Source: an uncultured Oscillospiraceae bacterium (GTDB lineage: Bacteria; Bacillota; Clostridia; Oscillospirales; QAMX01). From it: a stretch of 53,100 nt of DNA. This document shows, piece after piece, positions 49,088 through 53,100 of this stretch. The position numbers were made by a program, and so were the translations under genes. Within the stretch, counting starts at the first letter, position 1; every line of letters starts with the position of its first letter. The stretch is from contig CAYTOF010000003.1 of the NCBI GenBank assembly GCA_964439435.1, positions 1 through 53,100 on the forward strand. Reading direction: 5' to 3'. The notes below the pieces were generated by a model. The model searched no databases. It was not told the origin of the DNA and saw only the letters and a list, made by a program, of their open reading frames with translations.

Positions 49088-49154
49088 GTATAAATTTGCG
49101 ATATAGAGTAAAATATTGTGCAACATTTAAAGAATAACCTTATTTTTGGCCTTT

Positions 49155-50843
49155 TTATATGTTCTTCACACTCAAGAGAAGCTCTCGTGCGGCATCCAGC
49201 GTAGACTCTGTGATGTTTTCACCGCTGTTGATTCTGGCAATCTCATGAGCTCGCCCTTCAAAGTCCAGCCCCTTTACCTCTGTGGTGGTGCGCTCTGCCG
49301 TTGTTTTCTTGAGTATAAGAAAATGCGCATCTGCCCTGGCTGCAAGGGCTGCAAGGTGAGTGACACACAGCACCTGCTTTTTCTTTGCAAGCCCGGACAA
49401 CCGCTCGGCCACTTTGGATGCGGCAACACCGCTGATGCCGGAGTCTATCTCGTCAAAAATCAAGGTGTCTGCGTCATCGCTTGCGGATATGGTGTGGATT
49501 GCGAGCATTATGCGTGACAGCTCCCCGCCCGATGCGCTTTTTGCCAGGGGCTTTCCCGCTTCACCCAGGTTTGGGGCAATATAAAATTCTACTATGTCAA
49601 AGCCGTCTTTACCAAGGAGCATTCTGCCGTTCCGCTGCCTGCTTTCAAACTCCACCGAAAAACAAGCACCTTGCATCCGCAGGTATTCAAGCTCATTGTT
49701 GACACCATCTGCCATGGCCTTTGCCGCGCTCTTTCTATTTTTTGAAAGTGCGGTGGCAAGCTCTATCGTCATCTCATATTGCCTTGCATAATCTGCGGCA
49801 AGCTTTTCGGCCACCTCGTCTGCTGTTTCGATTGTCAGCTCCTGCTGACGGGCATTTTCCAGATATGCCAAAACAGCGTCCACATCGCCGCCATATTTTC
49901 GTTTCAACATGTTGATGTGGCTTAAGCGCGATTCTATTTCGTCCAATTCCTGCTCTGAAAATTCAAACTCCGAGAGCTTCGAGGAGATGACCTCCGCACA
50001 GTCAGCTGCCCGAAAGGCAAGATCTCTGAGCTCATTTGCTGTGGAGGATACGTTTCCAAAGGCTACATCTGCCACCATCTCCATAGAATGCGCGGCACTT
50101 TCGAGCCTTACCGCCGTGCCATCCCCGTTTTCGGGGCGCAGCATTTCAAGGGCGGCGCTGAGGTGTTTTACGACATTTTCAGATGCGCGCACCATTTTTC
50201 TGCGTTCCTCAAGCTCCTTGTCCTCCCCGGCATGTAGATTTGAGGACTCGATCTCATTTATCTGAAAGCGCAGCATCTCCAAGTTGCGTTCTTTTTCGCC
50301 TATATCCGTCAGTACACTTCGCTGTTCTTTTCTGATTTCCTTTAGTTTTTCCAAGCTCTCTGTGTATTCCAAAAGAAGTTCCGCATTTTCGGCATAGTCA
50401 TCCAGCATGACTATATGGGAGCTTGAGTCCAGCAGAGCTTTGCTGTCGTGCTGGCCATGCGTCTTTATGAGCAGGGAACCAAGCTCTCTCAGAGATGAAA
50501 GAGGGGCGGGTTTTCCGTTTATGCGACAGACATTCCTGCCATCGGCATGCACCTGCCTCGATATGTGCAAACTCCCGTCATCTTCGAGTTTATGTCCCAT
50601 GGCTGATATTTTAGTCGCTGCACCGACGCCAATATCTACAAAGACCCCCGCCACCAAGGCTGATTTTTCACCTGTTCTGATGATATCCCGCGAGGTGCGT
50701 TCACCCATCAGCGCACTTATGGAGTCGATGATGATGGACTTGCCCGCACCGGTTTCCCCCGTGAGCAAGTTAAATCCTTGGCGAAATTCAATGTCCGCAC
50801 TCTCAATTACAGCGATATTTTCAATATGAAGAAGCCCAAGCAT
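49155..50843 (-). CDS. recN: DNA repair protein RecN
   Basis: TGETGAGKS, ASGGELSR, IFDEIDSG, VTHL. Confidence 0.96.
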   Translation of the reverse strand: MLGLLHIENIAVIESADIEFRQGFNLLTGETGAGKSIIIDSISALMGERTSRDIIRTGEKSALVAGVFVDIGVGAATKISAMGHKLEDDGSLHISRQVHADGRNVCRINGKPAPLSSLRELGSLLIKTHGQHDSKALLDSSSHIVMLDDYAENAELLLEYTESLEKLKEIRKEQRSVLTDIGEKERNLEMLRFQINEIESSNLHAGEDKELEERRKMVRASENVVKHLSAALEMLRPENGDGTAVRLESAAHSMEMVADVAFGNVSSTANELRDLAFRAADCAEVISSKLSEFEFSEQELDEIESRLSHINMLKRKYGGDVDAVLAYLENARQQELTIETADEVAEKLAADYARQYEMTIELATALSKNRKSAAKAMADGVNNELEYLRMQGACFSVEFESRQRNGRMLLGKDGFDIVEFYIAPNLGEAGKPLAKSASGGELSRIMLAIHTISASDDADTLIFDEIDSGISGVAASKVAERLSGLAKKKQVLCVTHLAALAARADAHFLILKKTTAERTTTEVKGLDFEGRAHEIARINSGENITESTLDAARELLLSVKNI

Positions 50844-50889
50844 GAACAAGCCTCCAAATTGCACCTTGACATTCTTACAAATGACAAAC

Positions 50890-51342
50890 TCACTTTAGCA
50901 TGTTTCTGATATCATCACAGAGTTCCGTCGCATGGCTTTCATCGCGTATGACAAGAAATATCGTGTCATCTCCCGCAAGAGAACCGACGATATGGGGCAT
51001 GCTCATCGCATCAATCGCTGCGGCGGCGGCATTTGCGACTCCTGACAGTGTCTTTATCACCACCATATGCCCTGCATGGTCTACGCTGACAACACTTTCT
51101 CTAAAGATGTTTCGAAAACGCGAAGAAAAGTCACTCATGCCGTCCGATGCCGCCACGGTGTATCTGTATTTTTCATCGTGGTCAAGCACTTTGACAATGC
51201 GCAGCTCTTTTATGTCCCTGGAAACCGTTGCCTGTGTGACATCAAAACCCGATGCCTTCAGTCGATCCGAGAGTTCTTTTTGGGTTTCAATGCACTCTTC
51301 GTCGATAAGCTTTAGGATATGGCTTTGTCTTTGAAATTTCAT
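50890..51342 (-). CDS. argR: arginine repressor
   Basis: TQATVSRDIKEL, IVGSLAGDDT. Confidence 0.97.
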   Translation of the reverse strand: MKFQRQSHILKLIDEECIETQKELSDRLKASGFDVTQATVSRDIKELRIVKVLDHDEKYRYTVAASDGMSDFSSRFRNIFRESVVSVDHAGHMVVIKTLSGVANAAAAAIDAMSMPHIVGSLAGDDTIFLVIRDESHATELCDDIRNMLK

Positions 51343-51463
51343 TTTTTTCTCCAGTCCACCGAGTATGGTCGGTTGAGTCTAATAAGGGGAAAATCGTTTT
51401 CCTTATAGCTTTGTCGTTATACTGTAAATTTCCTTAAAACACATATATTTTCCGCCAAGAAAT

Positions 51464-52315
51464 TTATCTGTCTCCGAGCTTTCTTCCGAGGCGTTCAAAG
51501 AAGCTGATAGAGTTGAGCTTTATCTTTCTGATCTTTCTCTCAGCTCTTCTTATCACTATTTTATCTCCTTGGCACAGGGGCACGGAATCCACACCATCTG
51601 TGGACAAGCCGGCTTCTCTGCCCTCAAGGCTGTCAACTTCTATCGTCACTTCTCTTTCTTTGTCAAGTACAAATGACTTGGCATAAAGCGCATGGGGGCA
51701 TATGGGTGTGACGATAATGCACTCGGTTTTAGGGTCCACAACGGGCCCGCCGGCAGACATGGAATAGGCGGTGGAACCCGTGGGTGTGGCTATGACAACG
51801 CCATCTCCGTTTATGGCCTTTATGTGGTTACCATCGGAATACAGTTGTAGTGTTATGCTGCGCATCGTGCCGCCACGGCTTATGATGCAGTCGTTGAGCG
51901 CATGTTCGTCGTACACGGTTTTACCGTCCCTGCAAATCACAGCTCGCAGCATCATGCGCTCTTCCACGCTATATTCCCCGGTAGCTATACTTGAAAGCTT
52001 TTTCAGCTCTTCTTTGTCGAGCTCCATCAAAAATCCAACGGATCCGAGGTTTACACCCACAATCGGGGCACCGTATACGCAGGCCTCTCTGGCTGCCTTC
52101 AAAAATGTGCCGTCTCCGCCAATCGCCACAACAGCATCGGGGTATATGTCAACCTCATCCAGACACAGGGCATTTTCAACGTCTCTGCACAGTACCTCAT
52201 ATGTCTCTGTGCGCATCACCGTGCATGCACCGGCATCACATAGAATTTTTGCGGCTTCTCGTGCTATTTTCAACTCATGGTCTCTTGTCGGATTTGGCTC
52301 AATCAATATATTCAT
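51464..52315 (-). CDS. nadK: NAD kinase
   Basis: GGDGT, GSVGFL, LND, TPTGSTAYSMSAGGP. Confidence 0.97.
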   Translation of the reverse strand: MNILIEPNPTRDHELKIAREAAKILCDAGACTVMRTETYEVLCRDVENALCLDEVDIYPDAVVAIGGDGTFLKAAREACVYGAPIVGVNLGSVGFLMELDKEELKKLSSIATGEYSVEERMMLRAVICRDGKTVYDEHALNDCIISRGGTMRSITLQLYSDGNHIKAINGDGVVIATPTGSTAYSMSAGGPVVDPKTECIIVTPICPHALYAKSFVLDKEREVTIEVDSLEGREAGLSTDGVDSVPLCQGDKIVIRRAERKIRKIKLNSISFFERLGRKLGDR

Positions 52316-52329
52316 GCACTGCTCCGTTT

Positions 52330-53100
52330 CTAACCAAATGCTTTTACTACAACTTGCACTTCATCTACTTGTATGTCAGTTCCCGTCTCAGAAAACCAAA
52401 TGAGATATTCTATATTGCCATCTTTGCCCTTTATAGGGCTTGGTATCAGCCCGCAGGTCTTTAAATTGAGTTTTTTTGCCACCTCAAGCACTCTTCTGAT
52501 TGCTCTGATATGGGCGTTCTTATCCTTTACAATGCCCCTCTTGCCGATATCTGCTTTGGAAAGCTCAAATTGCGGTTTTATAAGGGCGATGAGGTCCTTA
52601 GGGCGAAGTTTTGCTATGTTCTCAAGCACCAAAGCCAGGGATATAAAGGAGAGGTCAACGGCGCAAAACTCAGGCAGAGGGACAAAGTGCGCCATGTTAA
52701 CAGAGCGTATATCGGTTTTTTCCAAGACAACCACCCGCTCATCTTCACGCAGAAAACTCGCTAGTTGCTCCTTTCCCACATCTATCGCATAGACCCGTGC
52801 CGCTCCGTGCTCCAACATGATATGTGTGAATCCCCCTGTCGAAGCCCCGATATCTGCACACACTTTTCCTTGCAGGTCAATGCCGAAAACTTCCAGGGCC
52901 TTTTGCAGCTTGTATGCGCCGCGGCTTGCATACTCTTTGGCAGGCGCGACTGCAATGTCCGCAGACATCGGAACCTTTGATGAAACCTTTTTCACGCATT
53001 TGCCACCTACAAACACACGACCTTCACCTATCGCATGCTTTGATTTTTCCCTGCTCCGGAAAAAGCCCCGTTCCACCAGCAGTAAGTCCAGTCTGCAAAT
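52330..53100 (-). CDS. tlyA: TlyA-family rRNA methyltransferase (start lies just beyond the window end)
   Basis: S4-like RLDLLLVERG, SRGAYKL, DIGASTGGFT, LIKPQFE, GKDGNIE. Confidence 0.93.
   Translation of the reverse strand: MCRLDLLLVERGFFRSREKSKHAIGEGRVFVGGKCVKKVSSKVPMSADIAVAPAKEYASRGAYKLQKALEVFGIDLQGKVCADIGASTGGFTHIMLEHGAARVYAIDVGKEQLASFLREDERVVVLEKTDIRSVNMAHFVPLPEFCAVDLSFISLALVLENIAKLRPKDLIALIKPQFELSKADIGKRGIVKDKNAHIRAIRRVLEVAKKLNLKTCGLIPSPIKGKDGNIEYLIWFSETGTDIQVDEVQVVVKAFG

Overview
Clostridia-like (Firmicutes) chromosomal window, read by eye with no database searches. The core backbone carries His6-type hisA, LysR-purA, yebC, groES-groEL with a CIRCE operator, glpK, cysK, tcdA, a Na+-pumping decarboxylase operon, split transketolase, a PrsA-like foldase, two tRNA-Leu genes, smpB-ssrA (tmRNA), a eukaryote-type UDP-GlcNAc pyrophosphorylase and tlyA-nadK-argR-recN. 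Two accessory regions interrupt it. (1) An 11.1-kb serine-recombinase element (8987-20074) whose ends can be resolved to the base: 20-bp inverted arms around a duplicated GC. It carries a 517-aa ECF sigma factor with two ABC exporters, an AAA_14/DUF4143 ATPase, decayed AbiEi and Bro-N genes, an oriT-like site and a 53-bp palindrome. It sits between a symmetric divergent promoter and glpK, so excision would reconnect glpK to a consensus promoter. (2) A decaying AT-rich island (about 38.6-45.6 kb) abutting the tmRNA 3' end, with XRE regulators, dcd, a Nim-like gene, Fic remnants and a second AAA/DUF4143 gene. Also notable: an uncharacterised glycyl-radical enzyme (GCWE / RVSGW motifs) whose cognate activase is broken by an apparent microhomology deletion, and a CAACC-N3-GGTTG palindrome shared upstream of the two XRE genes with a QAVSKWE helix. 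No CRISPR array, Cas gene, reverse transcriptase or rRNA was seen.
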